Source: a virus
Lineage: Duplodnaviria > Caudoviricetes
IMG/VR virus record: IMGVR_UViG_3300016667_000819
Location: 1-38,003 of that record
Reading direction: 5' to 3' (one strand)
Length of the DNA: 38,003 bases
In this document: positions 37,107-38,003 of the stretch, piece by piece
How the letters are laid out: every line of letters begins with the position of its first letter
Position numbering within the stretch: position 1 is the stretch's first letter
The notes under the pieces: generated by a model
What the model was told of the DNA's origin: nothing
The model's input: the letters and a program-made list of their open reading frames with translations, nothing else
Databases searched by the model: none
Translations under genes and position numbers: made by a program

Positions 37107-37411
37107 TCCCAAGTGAGTTTCCATTGCGTCACACGATCTTCGCCACGGACCACAAGTGTTAGATGACTTTGATCAGTAAGCTGTTGCCACCATGTTTCAC
37201 CAACCACTGGCGAGCCCCATGCGTTTTCACACCACTCCAGCATCGTAGCATTATCCCGACTTTTGTAGAAGTCAATGTAATAGCAGTCTTCAGTGGTTTT
37301 GATCTTGTGGATCAATGCAATATAGCTTTGTTGCATAATCCACTGCCCTGAACGGCCTGTGACACGCATGTAGTGACGGATACGACTGGCAGGAAAAGCT
37401 ATGTCAATCAT
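37103..37411 (-). CDS. Trp-rich protein (WC-x3-FG family), 102 aa
   Basis: EWCENAWG...WW...GEDRVTQWKLTW. Confidence 0.7.
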   Translation of the reverse strand: MIDIAFPASRIRHYMRVTGRSGQWIMQQSYIALIHKIKTTEDCYYIDFYKSRDNATMLEWCENAWGSPVVGETWWQQLTDQSHLTLVVRGEDRVTQWKLTWE

Positions 37412-37835
37412 TTGACATTTCCAGATACTGTCGCCAAGGCAGAGGAAAACTGCAATTTTGTGCGCCCTGGAACAAAGGTGCTATCTCGTGGTCTTGATAG
37501 CCAGCAAGACCACAACCCACTCGGGTAACCCAATATCCACTATTCAGTACCAAGGGGCGTTGTGTGAGACGCACAAATTCATCAATGTAGAGCTTGATTT
37601 CACTCAAAGGCAAGGTGTGGAGTCGACGGTCCTTGGTGGGAATGGCATAGCTTTGATTGCCAGGTTGCCAGCCCTGGCCGCAACCATACAGGGCACCAAA
37701 CTTGTAGGCAGCCTCCTGAGCTGCACCAGCACCGTGGATGCCTGCAAGATTGCTGCCAAACACAAAGACACTTGACCCTGGTTCAGGACTGGTTCCATCC
37801 TCATGCCACCTTGTTATTGGAGTGTTGAGTTGCAT
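37404..37835 (-). CDS. Conserved phage protein of the VFVFGSNxxGxHGxGAA type (A1S_2505-like)
   Basis: VFVFGSNLAGIHGAGAA, SYAIPT, VTRVGCGLAG motifs; start uncertain (37835 or 37850). Confidence 0.8.
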   Translation of the reverse strand: MQLNTPITRWHEDGTSPEPGSSVFVFGSNLAGIHGAGAAQEAAYKFGALYGCGQGWQPGNQSYAIPTKDRRLHTLPLSEIKLYIDEFVRLTQRPLVLNSGYWVTRVGCGLAGYQDHEIAPLFQGAQNCSFPLPWRQYLEMSND

Positions 37836-38003
37836 TGTGAGCGTTTCCATTGGGTGCAAATCAGTGCAGGGTAAGAAGCCCAGTTTACGATCATGTCTGG
37901 GCAAGATTGTGGCACAGTATGTTGCTGACACACACGATGAAGGTGTGTTAGAATCGTTTCGCAACACCATAGAACTGTAGACTGTTTCATGACGTAACTA
38001 TAC

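Noticed and set aside
37814-37990. Possible 58-aa leaderless - strand ORF after TATAGT at the window edge
   Set aside because: The -35 region lies outside the window, the ORF overlaps the next gene's start, and the protein has no recognisable features.
1-38003. Genome-wide TAG reassignment (alternative genetic code)
   Set aside because: The Gln-rich 4018-aa and 1126-aa genes contain no in-frame TAG, and TAG ends several genes at sensible positions (for example thyX and 5077..5517).
1-38003. tRNA or structured ncRNA genes
   Set aside because: Intergenic gaps are short and explained by promoters; no T-loop/cloverleaf signature was seen by eye.

Overview
This window looks like part of a large (jumbo-type) myophage genome. 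A + strand late structural module at 9452-27910 encodes a gp25-like wedge protein, an 1126-aa gp6-like baseplate wedge, a 4018-aa repeat-rich virion protein, two small structural proteins and a fibre with a peptidase S74 chaperone. Dense - strand arrays flank it. They hold small hypothetical genes and accessory enzymes: a Thg1-like guanylyltransferase, a type I PRTase, ThyX, an HNH nuclease, a Pnkp-like kinase-phosphoesterase, an AAA ATPase, a class II aldolase and GalE. Two promoter classes are visible. About 12 sigma70-type TTGACA-N16/17-(TGC)TATAAT sites often overlap the upstream gene's stop codon, and a T4-late-like TAAATA box precedes structural and a few isolated genes. The most notable observations are the promoter/stop-codon cassette architecture, RBS-occluding hairpins that enclose promoters, two late genes with T4-like capsid-targeting N-termini (one interrupted by a single TAG), and a Thg1 plus degenerate-kinase Pnkp RNA-end-repair pair. 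I saw no tRNA, rRNA, CRISPR array or IS element. All family calls come from motif recognition, not database searches.
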